From positions 81,618 to 145,617 of the forward strand of contig JAZQAZ010000020.1 of the NCBI GenBank assembly GCA_045545475.1: a stretch of 64,000 nt of DNA, read 5' to 3'. This document shows, piece after piece, positions 45,689 through 54,631 of the stretch (its first letter is position 1; every line of letters begins with the position of its first letter). The position numbers were made by a program, and so were the translations under genes. The notes under the pieces were generated by a model. It was not told the origin of the DNA, ran no database searches, and saw only the letters and a list, made by a program, of their open reading frames with translations. The stretch comes from Clostridia bacterium. GTDB taxonomy: Bacteria; Bacillota; Clostridia; CAKSNL01; HGM11501.

Positions 45689-45930
45689 TTTATTTTGCAA
45701 TATGGAATATTTTAGTATTTTTCTTATACGGATGGGATAAGCTGATGGCAAAAAGAAAGGGCTGGAGAATTCCGGAAAGCTGCCTTTTGGCTACTGCTTT
45801 TATTGCAGGCGGAATTGGTGCTGCCTGCGGCATGACGGTGTTTAACCATAAAACAAAAAAATGGCTTTTCCGTTTTATGATTCCGCTTTCTCTTTTATTA
45901 ACTGTCTGTTTTATTAAATATGTAATATGA
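45685..45930 (+). CDS. DUF1294-like small membrane protein
   Basis: YGWDKLMAKRKGWRIPE..GGIGAACGM..FNHKTKK..F. Confidence 0.85.
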   Translation: MIYFAIWNILVFFLYGWDKLMAKRKGWRIPESCLLATAFIAGGIGAACGMTVFNHKTKKWLFRFMIPLSLLLTVCFIKYVI

Positions 45931-45964
45931 AAACTTCGGGGAAAACTTCGCTCTGAAGTTTTTT
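45930..45964 (+). terminator. Probable terminator of the miaB-rluD gene run
   Basis: AAAACTTCGGG...CTCTGAAGTTTTTT. Confidence 0.6.
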
Positions 45965-45968
45965 CTTT

Positions 45969-46032
45969 AGTAGAAAAAGTCAATTTTTCAGTAGTAAAAG
46001 CTATTTACAGAAATGATTGTTTAATGTAATAT
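45969..46032 (+). promoter_or_regulatory. GH2 promoter with direct repeats 21 bp apart (AraC-type activator site)
   Basis: AGTAGAAAAAGTCA (45969) and AGTAGTAAAAGCTA (45990) abut TTTACA (46004-46009) - 17 nt - TAATAT (46027-46032). Confidence 0.45.
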
Positions 46033-46054
46033 AAGATTAAAAGGAGGCGTTTTT

Positions 46055-47785
46055 ATGAATATACCAAGAAATGACTATCCAAGACCGCAGATGGTGAGAG
46101 ACAGCTTTATTTGCCTGAACGGAGAGTGGGATTTTGAAATTGATAACGCCAAGGTTGGCGAGGAAAAAGAGTTTTTTTTAAGAGAGTCACTGAATGAAAA
46201 GATAATTGTACCTTTCTGCCCCGAAAGCGAGCTTTCCGGAATTGGCAACAAAGACTTTATGAATGCCGTGTGGTACAGAAGAAATTTTGATCTTCCGGAA
46301 AATCATAAGGAAAGAGTGCTTCTTCATTTCGGTGCGGTTGACTACCGTGCAATAGTTTATGTAAACGGAATCAAAGTGGGCGAGCATAAGGGCGGCTATT
46401 CTTCATTTTACTTTGATATAACAAAGGCTCTTAAGGAAGAAGGAAACTACATAACAGTTCTTGCCTATGACGATGTAAGATCCGGAAAGCAGTGTGCGGG
46501 AAAGCAGTCTGAAAGGCTTGAATCCTACGGTTGTATGTATACAAGAACAACGGGAATATGGCAGACAGTATGGATTGAGTGTGTGGATGCGTGCCATATT
46601 AAAAACATAAGAACCGTGACGGATATTGAAAAGCCATCAGTAAATTTTACAATTAAGACGGAAAATACTATCGGAGCAGAAATTTCTGCAGTTGTTACCT
46701 ACGAAGGAAAAGAGGTTGGCAGAGGAAGTGCTAAGTCAACGGGCAATGTTTCAACCCTTAACATAAACCTTTCCGAAAAGCATTTGTGGGAGCTTGGCGA
46801 AGGCAGACTATACGATGTTTCCTTTACCGTGACAAAGGACGGAAAAACAAGGGACGAGGTAAAAAGCTATTTCGGTCTTCGAAGTGTTGCTCTTTCTGGT
46901 AAAAAGTTTTTGCTTAACGGAAAAAGTGTATTCGGCCGCTGGGTGCTTGACCAGGGCTTTTATCCCGACGGAATTTACACCGCACCCACAGATGAAGCAT
47001 TGAAAAACGACATAATATACGGCATGAAGCTTGGTTTTAACGGTGCAAGGCTTCATGAAAAAATGTTTGAAGAACGGTTTTTATATTGGGCGGACCGCCT
47101 GGGCTATATGGTATGGGGAGAACACGCCAACTGGGGACTTGACATAACGGAAATGGAAGCGATAGATAACTTCCTTCCCGAATGGATGGAAACTCTGGAA
47201 CGGGATTTTTCTCACCCTTCCATAATAGGCTGGTGTCCTTTCAACGAAACATGGGACCGTAAGGGAAGAAAGCAGTGCGACGGTGTTATAAGAATGGTTT
47301 ACGAGGTAACAAAGGCGATAGATCCAACTCGTCCCTGCATAGATACAAGCGGAAACTTCCACGTTGTGACAGACATTTTTGACGTTCACGATTATTGGCA
47401 GAATCCGAAGGAATTTGCCGAATTTTATAAGGACGGAAAGCTTAACTGTCAGGTGCAGAGAAATCCCGCTCAGAAATTCCGCCAGACATATGATGGAGTA
47501 CTTCCTGCATTCATAAGCGAATACGGTGGAGCGAGATGGTCTGGACAAGACAACAACAGCTGGGGTTACGGAAACGCCCCAAAAACTGAAGAGGAATTTA
47601 TTGAGCGATATAAGGGACTTACTGAAGCTATTTTAAAATGTGAGCACATTATGGGCTTTTGCTACACACAGCTCTATGATGTGGAGCAGGAGGTAAACGG
47701 CCTTATGACCTACGACCGTAAATTTAAGTTTGATCCTGAGGTATTTAAGAAAATCAATACTCAAAAGGCGGCAATTGAGGATTGA
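46055..47785 (+). CDS. Glycoside hydrolase family 2 (beta-galactosidase/beta-glucuronidase-like), cytoplasmic
   Basis: YPRPQ, LNGEWDF, LHFGAVDY, TGIWQTVW, LDQGFYPDG, HPSIIGWCPFNETW (acid/base), ISEYGG (nucleophile); no signal peptide. Confidence 0.92.
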   Translation: MNIPRNDYPRPQMVRDSFICLNGEWDFEIDNAKVGEEKEFFLRESLNEKIIVPFCPESELSGIGNKDFMNAVWYRRNFDLPENHKERVLLHFGAVDYRAIVYVNGIKVGEHKGGYSSFYFDITKALKEEGNYITVLAYDDVRSGKQCAGKQSERLESYGCMYTRTTGIWQTVWIECVDACHIKNIRTVTDIEKPSVNFTIKTENTIGAEISAVVTYEGKEVGRGSAKSTGNVSTLNINLSEKHLWELGEGRLYDVSFTVTKDGKTRDEVKSYFGLRSVALSGKKFLLNGKSVFGRWVLDQGFYPDGIYTAPTDEALKNDIIYGMKLGFNGARLHEKMFEERFLYWADRLGYMVWGEHANWGLDITEMEAIDNFLPEWMETLERDFSHPSIIGWCPFNETWDRKGRKQCDGVIRMVYEVTKAIDPTRPCIDTSGNFHVVTDIFDVHDYWQNPKEFAEFYKDGKLNCQVQRNPAQKFRQTYDGVLPAFISEYGGARWSGQDNNSWGYGNAPKTEEEFIERYKGLTEAILKCEHIMGFCYTQLYDVEQEVNGLMTYDRKFKFDPEVFKKINTQKAAIED

Positions 47786-47822
47786 TGTCAATAAAAATCA
47801 ATTAATTTTTAATATTTGCATC

Positions 47823-47860
47823 AAAGAGTCATTGAAAGTCAATGACTCTTTTGTTATAAT
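47823..47860 (+). promoter_or_regulatory. 13-bp inverted repeat (terminator or operator) overlapping a sigma-A promoter
   Basis: AAAGAGTCATTGA-AAG-TCAATGACTCTTT (47823-47851) contains TTGAAA (47832-47837); TATAAT (47855-47860) follows 17 nt later. Confidence 0.6.
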
Positions 47861-47970
47861 GATAATGAGGGGGCGGAGTCGCTTTTGTGCAAGAAAAAGT
47901 CGCTTCGGTGTATTGATGAAATTAAATGAAAATGATATACTTATATTATAAAATTAAGGGGGAATAAAAA

Positions 47971-50715
47971 ATGAAAAGAGTATCGGCACTTTTTATCGCA
48001 CTCAGCATGCTTTTGTCATTTGCTATCTGCGTTTCGGCAAATGAAACGCTTTTTACCGTGAGTGACATTGATGTAATGTCCGAAACCGGTGTTACGGTAG
48101 CATCAGGCAAAGCGGGAAAATGGTCAGAGGGAGGGTATATCGGATTCAAGGACGTGGATTTTACAGGCATTAAATCCGTAAGAATTTCCGTAAGCAACAT
48201 CCTTATGTACGGTGAAAACGGCGAAACCTTCCGTGTATATATTGACGATCCTTTAAAGGGAAAGTGCATAGGCTATATTGTTACAAACGATGAAACAAGT
48301 ACGCCTATAATTTACGGCACCAATATAGAGCCAATATCCGGCAAGCATGACTTATATATAAAGCATAACTATTCAAGGTCCGATCATATTTACCTTCACG
48401 ATGTGAGAGTTTCGAAGGAAGAATGGGTAGACCCCAAGGCGGTTACTCCGGTTCCCGATTCTCGTATTATTGATGTTTATGCAGACACCTGGGTAGCTAC
48501 GGATGCTGCAGGACACAAGGTGGCGGATTATGAAGAAGCAGGCGATGTAAAAGAGGGCAAGCACGAGGTTGTTATGTTCTATCATGACTGGCATATTCAT
48601 GATACAAAGGCATATATCGCTACGGATATTATATCAAAATATCCTGAGGCTAAGGACGACTTCTATCACTCTGCATGGCCCACAAACGGTCCTGCATTCT
48701 GGGGAGAATCTGTTTACGGCTTTTACACAGGTACAGACTACTGGCACTACAGGAAGGCTGCAGAACTTATGGCTGCAAGCGGAGTTGATGCAGTTTTTCT
48801 TGACTACACCAATGGAGATGCAGCGTATGTGAAAGCTCTTGATGTAATGCTTAGGGCATATCACGATGCCAGAGCTGACGGCGTTGATGTTCCGAAAGTT
48901 ACCTGCTATATGCAGATGGGATCAACACCCGAACTTAGATGGAATCTCCTTGAAGCAATTTATTTCAATCTTTGTTACAATGAATATTATAAGGATTTGT
49001 GGTACTATCTTGACGGAAAGCCTATGCTTGTATGCAGTGAGCCTGGAAGCTTTTCTAAGGCAACCAATCCCGAAGATACCGAAGAAGTGGCACTGGCACA
49101 TAAGCTTACAGACTTTTTCACGTTCCGTGAAACCGGAAGCAGAGAAACAGGAGCATATAACGAAACAGGTAAGTACTGGCACTGGCTCTTAAACTATCCT
49201 CAGCACGAATGGGGAATTACCGAGTCAGGCAGAGTTGAAATGGTAAATCTGGGCATGGCGATAAATCACTCTTATGTGTATAACTATGCTGGTACAGGTG
49301 TATTTTCAGATAAATATACCAAGGGTAAAAATTACACCGAAGCCTTCGGCGAAGACTACCGTTCCGAAGCACTTCTTGAAGGATACTTTATGAGAGAACA
49401 GGCATCAAAGGTTCTTTCTGTTGATCCGGAAATTGTGTTCGTTGACGGATGGAATGAAATGAATACGGCAAGGGCCAAGGATTATTATGGATTCCCCAAT
49501 GCTTTTATTGACCTTTATGATGACGAAAACAGCCGAGACTTTGAGCCTTATAAGGGAGCACTTAAGGACACATATTACATGCTCCTCACAGACTTTGTCA
49601 GAAAATATAAGGGTGTAAGGCCGACGCCTGTTGCAAGTGCTAAGGTATCCGGTGATATGATGAATGAAGAGGCATGGGATAGCGTTGAGCCCACATTCTA
49701 TAATTATTTCGGAGATTATGAGCGTGATGCCTTAGGCTACAGGAACTACGAAACAAACGAGCATTATCACTATACAACAGAGGTTGTGAATTCGATTGCG
49801 TCATCCAAGGTGGCACGTGACGGCGAAAACTTCTATTTCTATATCAAGTGCGAAAATGCAGTAGATGATACAAATAGCGGTTTTATGAACATTTATATCA
49901 ACTCAGACAGAAACTATGCTACAGGCTGGGAAGGCTATGACTATGCGGTAAACGTATCGGGAAAGGGCAAGGTTTCATCATTCAGCGGAAGTGAATATAA
50001 ACTTTCCGACATCGGAAGTGCGGAAATAAAAATCTTAGGAGATAAGGTTATAATGAAGGTTTCAAAAGCATTAATCGGTGAAACGGATGTCTCTGACTTT
50101 GAATTTAAGATAACCGATAACATCCTTTGCGAGGGGGATTTGCTCCTTTTCTATACCGAAGGAAATTCCGCTCCTGTTGGAAGATTCAACTATCTTTATA
50201 CAGAAATTCAGGCTAAAGCTTTAACAAAGGAAGAAAGAGCGGCACTTTCCGATACCACTGTGCTTAAAGCAGGAAGCAACAAAATGATAGTTGACGGAGC
50301 TAAGATGGATGTTTACGGGAAGGATACTAATGTTAAAACCTTCACCGAAAACGGAACGCTTTATATACCGCTTGTAGCACTTGACGATATTATGGGTTGG
50401 GGTGAAACGAAGGCAACGTATGATTACAAGAAAAATGTTGTTTACATAAAAACCCACGAGCTTACAAATAACGAGATAACCGATTATCAGTGGATTTATA
50501 CTTATCTTGGCACAAATATGGCATCAATTGACGGAGAAGATAAAGTGATTTTAAATCCGACAAAGGCAGTAGACGGAGTAGTTTATGTGCCGGTTACAAT
50601 ACTTTCAGAATGCTTCGGATGGAGCGTAAACGATTTGGGCGACGGTGCTTTTGCCATAAGCCAGAGAACAGCAAACGTTGATGCGGCAAAAGCCGTATTA
50701 AGCCATTTTAATTAA
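47971..50715 (+). CDS. Secreted modular putative glycoside hydrolase (CBM6-like + GH99-like barrel + copper-amine-oxidase-N-like C-terminus), copy 1
   Basis: Signal peptide; FKDVDFTG..SGKHDLY CBM6-like; FYHDWH, WGESVYGFY, GVDAVFLDYTN, DGKPML, FVDGWNEM; C-terminal NGTLYIPL and DGVVYVPV..ECFGWSV. Confidence 0.65.
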   Translation: MKRVSALFIALSMLLSFAICVSANETLFTVSDIDVMSETGVTVASGKAGKWSEGGYIGFKDVDFTGIKSVRISVSNILMYGENGETFRVYIDDPLKGKCIGYIVTNDETSTPIIYGTNIEPISGKHDLYIKHNYSRSDHIYLHDVRVSKEEWVDPKAVTPVPDSRIIDVYADTWVATDAAGHKVADYEEAGDVKEGKHEVVMFYHDWHIHDTKAYIATDIISKYPEAKDDFYHSAWPTNGPAFWGESVYGFYTGTDYWHYRKAAELMAASGVDAVFLDYTNGDAAYVKALDVMLRAYHDARADGVDVPKVTCYMQMGSTPELRWNLLEAIYFNLCYNEYYKDLWYYLDGKPMLVCSEPGSFSKATNPEDTEEVALAHKLTDFFTFRETGSRETGAYNETGKYWHWLLNYPQHEWGITESGRVEMVNLGMAINHSYVYNYAGTGVFSDKYTKGKNYTEAFGEDYRSEALLEGYFMREQASKVLSVDPEIVFVDGWNEMNTARAKDYYGFPNAFIDLYDDENSRDFEPYKGALKDTYYMLLTDFVRKYKGVRPTPVASAKVSGDMMNEEAWDSVEPTFYNYFGDYERDALGYRNYETNEHYHYTTEVVNSIASSKVARDGENFYFYIKCENAVDDTNSGFMNIYINSDRNYATGWEGYDYAVNVSGKGKVSSFSGSEYKLSDIGSAEIKILGDKVIMKVSKALIGETDVSDFEFKITDNILCEGDLLLFYTEGNSAPVGRFNYLYTEIQAKALTKEERAALSDTTVLKAGSNKMIVDGAKMDVYGKDTNVKTFTENGTLYIPLVALDDIMGWGETKATYDYKKNVVYIKTHELTNNEITDYQWIYTYLGTNMASIDGEDKVILNPTKAVDGVVYVPVTILSECFGWSVNDLGDGAFAISQRTANVDAAKAVLSHFN

Positions 50716-50724
50716 GGAGGGGTA

Positions 50725-53652
50725 ATGATGAAGAAAATATTAACACTTGTACTTGCCCTTTTAATGGCATTTTCTGTTACTTCCTTTGCAGAAGAGTTTA
50801 TTGATAAAGACGGTATGACAGCCTCAGCCTCCAGCGTATGGAGAGATCTTAATGCAGCATCGAAAGCCGTTGACGGAAAGCTGGATGCCTCCTGGCATTC
50901 TCATCCCGATGACAAGGATAAGTTCCCCGTTACACTGGATGTTAATTTCGGAAGTGAAAAGACAGTATCGGGAATCCGCTATTATGCGAGAGTTGACGCT
51001 GAAGGAAGCATCAACGGCGTATGGACAAATTTTGATGTGGAAATAAGTAATGACGGTGTAAACTTTGAAAAAGCGGTAACGGGGCTTTCTGTTAGTGCTG
51101 TGAAGGAACCCCAGGATGTTCCTTTCGGTAAAAGCGTAAGCGCAAAATATATGCGCTTTACCGTAAACGAGGGAAGCAAGGGCTATGCAACCTGCCTTGA
51201 GCTTGAATTTATGAAGGGCGACGAAGCAGGAGCGCAGACGACGGCACCCGCTGCTGCGGGAACTTCAGTCAATAAAGAAGCGATTAAGGCTTCTGCCTCC
51301 AGCGTATGGAGAGACCTTAATGCGGCATCGAAAGCCGTTGACGGAAAGACGGATACCTCCTGGCACTCTCATCCCGATGATAAGGATAAGTTTCCCGTTA
51401 ACTTTGATATAGACTTCGGAAACGAAGTAACCTTAAGCGGAATAGTTTATCACACAAGAGTGGATGCTGAAGGAAATATCAACGGCGTATGGTCAGATTT
51501 CGACGTTGAGATAAGTAAGGACGGGGTTAATTACGAAAAGGCGGTAACGGGCCTTTCGGCAAATGTACAAAAAGAGCCCCAGGAGATTTTATTCGGCAAA
51601 AATATAACTGCAAGATATGTCCGCTTTACCATAAACGAAGGAAGTAAGGGCTATGCTACATGCATGGAACTTGATTTCCTGGAGGGCGAAGGACAGGGCG
51701 AAAAGCCTTCGGGTAATATATCTTCTGCTCCTGCTGCATCGGAGTATGTCAGCAAAAAAGACTGGAAGGTTTATTGCTCCAGTTCATTTGCAGGTAAAAA
51801 AGCAGAAAATATGATTGACGGAAACGCCAATACTTTCTGGCACTCAAATTATTATACTGCGGATAATAAAACCATTGACGGAAAGGATGAGCCACCGTAT
51901 TACATAAGCTTCATTCTTCCGTCGGAAACTGTAATTTCAGGATTTTCCTACGTTCCGAGACAGGATGCAATTGATACAGGTAAAGTACAGGCGTATGAAA
52001 TCTATGCATCCTCAGGAAAAGAGGGAGAAGCGGTTAAAATAAGTGAAGGCGAATTGAGTGTCGGCAAAGAAGAAATTAAGGTAGATTTCGGATTTTCGGT
52101 AAAGGCACAAAGCATTATTTTCGTAATAAAGGAAAGTGTTTCTTCCTTCGGTACATGTGCGGAATTTAATCTGATAAATGGAAATGCTTCATCCGCCAAA
52201 GCACCCTCCGATGTAAAAATCGGCGATGCTAAACTTAAGGTGGGGTACGGAACAGCTTACGGTGCAGAAGAGGTTAAAAAGGAAAGCGAATATTATGAGG
52301 ATAAAAACCTCTGGAAGATAGAAGCATCTTCTCAGAGACTTCCTCACTATCCCGCAACCAAGGCGATTGACGGAAACGAATCAACCTACTGGCATTCTGA
52401 CTTCACCGATGACGGCGGAGCAAAGGTTGTGAGTATGGTTAAAGGCCCTCACACCCTTGATATAACCTTCCCGGATTTAAGAGCGGTTTCCGGCGTTACC
52501 TACACACCCCGAAAGGGACACAGCGCAGGCATAATAACCGGCTATGAGATTTATGCTGCGGAAAGCGACAATTCCGAATGGATAAAAATTGAAGAAGGAA
52601 GCTTCAAAAACGATTCTGCGGTAAAAGAAGTTCATTTTTCAGCCAACGTAAAAATGAAAAAGTTAAGGTTCAAGTCTGTAACATCCGTAAGCGATTATGG
52701 TGTATGTGCCGAGCTTGATGTAAGACCCGAAAATAAAACCCTTAAGACAATGGAAAGCATAAATGAGTTTGTTTCCTACAATAAGGAAAATAAGCTTATC
52801 AAAATCCCCGAAACGGCAATTATAAGTGCAGATGCATCGAGCATATGGAACGAAAATAACGGCACCAACTTCCTTTTTGACGGGGCGCCCTCCCGTGCGT
52901 GGCACTCATCACCGGGAGATAAAGGAAAATTCCCCATAACGCTTTATCTTGAACTTGACAATGTATACGAAATTCCTGCCATGGATTACTATGCAAGAGT
53001 TGACGGTGAAGGAAACATCAACGGCGTATGGCTCTCCTACAGTATCTGGACAAGTGAAGACGGCGAGGAATACATTCCTGCGGCGGAAAACCTAAGCTTT
53101 GAAATTACAGATAAAGTTCAGCGTGTTAATTTTGATGTGCCCTTAAAGGCAAAGTTTATTGAAATTGAAATAAACGAAGGAAGCAAGGGCTATGCAACCT
53201 GCGGTGAGCTTGTTCTTTACGAAAAGTCAGGAAGTATGGAAGATAGAAAGAGCAGTAACTACTATACTCTTCAAATCGGAAATAATACGGTTACAAGCGT
53301 TAAGGACGGCGAAGAATCCTTTAAGGAGATAGACGTAGCACCTTTCATTGACGACGGCAGAACAATGATTCCCTTAAGAGGATTACTTGAGGAAATGGGT
53401 GCTGAAATCACATGGGACGCTGCAAAGAAAAAAATTGGTATAACTACGGACAAGGTTAAGATAGAGCTTCAGATAATGAATGATCTTTGTTATGTTACCG
53501 ATGCGAAATACGGCCGTGTACGTTATACATTGGATGTACCTCCGATCATAAAGGATTCAAGAACCTTTATTCCGGTAAGATTCATTACCGAACAGCTTGG
53601 TTATAAAGTTACCTGGGACGGCGAAACTCAGACAGTAAAAATTTCAGAATAA
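50725..53652 (+). CDS. Secreted protein with five F5/8 type C (CBM32/discoidin) domains and a C-terminal copper-amine-oxidase-N-like domain
   Basis: Signal peptide; five A-x-DG-x4-WHS...E-l-x-f modules; C-terminal DVAPFIDDGRTMIPLR..GAEITWD and PPIIKDSRTFIPVRFITEQLGYKVTWD. Confidence 0.82.
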   Translation: MMKKILTLVLALLMAFSVTSFAEEFIDKDGMTASASSVWRDLNAASKAVDGKLDASWHSHPDDKDKFPVTLDVNFGSEKTVSGIRYYARVDAEGSINGVWTNFDVEISNDGVNFEKAVTGLSVSAVKEPQDVPFGKSVSAKYMRFTVNEGSKGYATCLELEFMKGDEAGAQTTAPAAAGTSVNKEAIKASASSVWRDLNAASKAVDGKTDTSWHSHPDDKDKFPVNFDIDFGNEVTLSGIVYHTRVDAEGNINGVWSDFDVEISKDGVNYEKAVTGLSANVQKEPQEILFGKNITARYVRFTINEGSKGYATCMELDFLEGEGQGEKPSGNISSAPAASEYVSKKDWKVYCSSSFAGKKAENMIDGNANTFWHSNYYTADNKTIDGKDEPPYYISFILPSETVISGFSYVPRQDAIDTGKVQAYEIYASSGKEGEAVKISEGELSVGKEEIKVDFGFSVKAQSIIFVIKESVSSFGTCAEFNLINGNASSAKAPSDVKIGDAKLKVGYGTAYGAEEVKKESEYYEDKNLWKIEASSQRLPHYPATKAIDGNESTYWHSDFTDDGGAKVVSMVKGPHTLDITFPDLRAVSGVTYTPRKGHSAGIITGYEIYAAESDNSEWIKIEEGSFKNDSAVKEVHFSANVKMKKLRFKSVTSVSDYGVCAELDVRPENKTLKTMESINEFVSYNKENKLIKIPETAIISADASSIWNENNGTNFLFDGAPSRAWHSSPGDKGKFPITLYLELDNVYEIPAMDYYARVDGEGNINGVWLSYSIWTSEDGEEYIPAAENLSFEITDKVQRVNFDVPLKAKFIEIEINEGSKGYATCGELVLYEKSGSMEDRKSSNYYTLQIGNNTVTSVKDGEESFKEIDVAPFIDDGRTMIPLRGLLEEMGAEITWDAAKKKIGITTDKVKIELQIMNDLCYVTDAKYGRVRYTLDVPPIIKDSRTFIPVRFITEQLGYKVTWDGETQTVKISE

Positions 53653-53653
53653 T

Positions 53654-53697
53654 AAAAATGATGCAGGCAAAGGGCACCCTTTGCCTGCATCATTTTT
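53654..53697. terminator. Bidirectional terminator
   Basis: AAAAATGATGCAGGCAAAGGG-CA-CCCTTTGCCTGCATCATTTTT between convergent genes. Confidence 0.9.
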
Positions 53698-54490
53698 ATT
53701 TCATTACTTTCCTGTAGTTCTTGGGAGAAAAATTAAAGTGTTTTTTAAAAAGTCTGTTAAAGTATGTTACGTTGTTAAAGCCCGATTTTGATGAAATTTC
53801 CGTAATGGAAAGCTTTGTGTTACGTAAGAGCTGTTCTGCCGTGTCGAGTCTTCTTCTGTTTAAGTATTCTTTTACGGTAAACCCGGTCTGTGCCTTAAAT
53901 AGCTTTCCGATATATTTTTCATTATAGTTAAAAAGCAATGCGATTTCTTTTACGGAAATGTCGGAATATAAACTCTCTTCAATATAGTTTCTTATGTTTC
54001 TTACAAGCGGGGAATAAGAGCTTCCGACCTTTGCATATTCGGACAATAAAAGCTTTATATGTCCGCTTGTTACAGATGCAATTTTTTCCAGTATATAATC
54101 CGGAATATCTTTTGCGAAGCTGTCGTAAAAAAATTCCATTTCGTGACAACAATTTCCTCTTAATATGTTTCCGAGGAAAATTACGGCGACAACTTCGTCT
54201 TCATAAATTACGGGATGACAATATTCATAAATTCCGTTAACGCAAAAGTGGCCAAAGGCTTTTCTTTCGGAAACGGCTTTGTTTAAAGCGAAATTTCTGC
54301 ATACAAAACATTTTTCATATCCTTCAGGGGTTCTTTTCATATGGACACAGAAAGGTTTTGTATGATAAGAAAAGTTTTCGGGAAGCTCGGTTTTGACATT
54401 CCCCGAATCCCGCAAAAAGACCACCGCAATATGTAAATTACTGTCAAAGGTGAGACAGGTAAGTAAATCATTTAAACTGCTGTATTCCAT
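53696..54490 (-). CDS. AraC-family regulator with a PocR-like N-terminal sensor
   Basis: HTKPFCVHMK..YEKC..CVNGIYEYCHPV..VAVIFLG (PocR-like); ITEISSKSGFNNVTYFNRLFKKHFNFSPKNYR. Confidence 0.88.
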   Translation of the reverse strand: MEYSSLNDLLTCLTFDSNLHIAVVFLRDSGNVKTELPENFSYHTKPFCVHMKRTPEGYEKCFVCRNFALNKAVSERKAFGHFCVNGIYEYCHPVIYEDEVVAVIFLGNILRGNCCHEMEFFYDSFAKDIPDYILEKIASVTSGHIKLLLSEYAKVGSSYSPLVRNIRNYIEESLYSDISVKEIALLFNYNEKYIGKLFKAQTGFTVKEYLNRRRLDTAEQLLRNTKLSITEISSKSGFNNVTYFNRLFKKHFNFSPKNYRKVMK

Positions 54491-54514
54491 AAAAACACCT
54501 CCGAAACTAAAACA

Positions 54515-54543
54515 ATTATAACATAAATGTTTCTTTTGTTCAA
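54515..54543 (-). promoter_or_regulatory. Sigma-A promoter of the PocR-AraC gene
   Basis: Minus strand TTGAAC - 17 nt - TATAAT with extended TG. Confidence 0.65.
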
Positions 54544-54631
54544 GTATTGTGCAGTAATTTTTATAGTTAATCGGATATAAGTGTTGTATAATATATATAA
54601 CTTGTTTTAGTTCATGAAGGAGGAATAAAAA

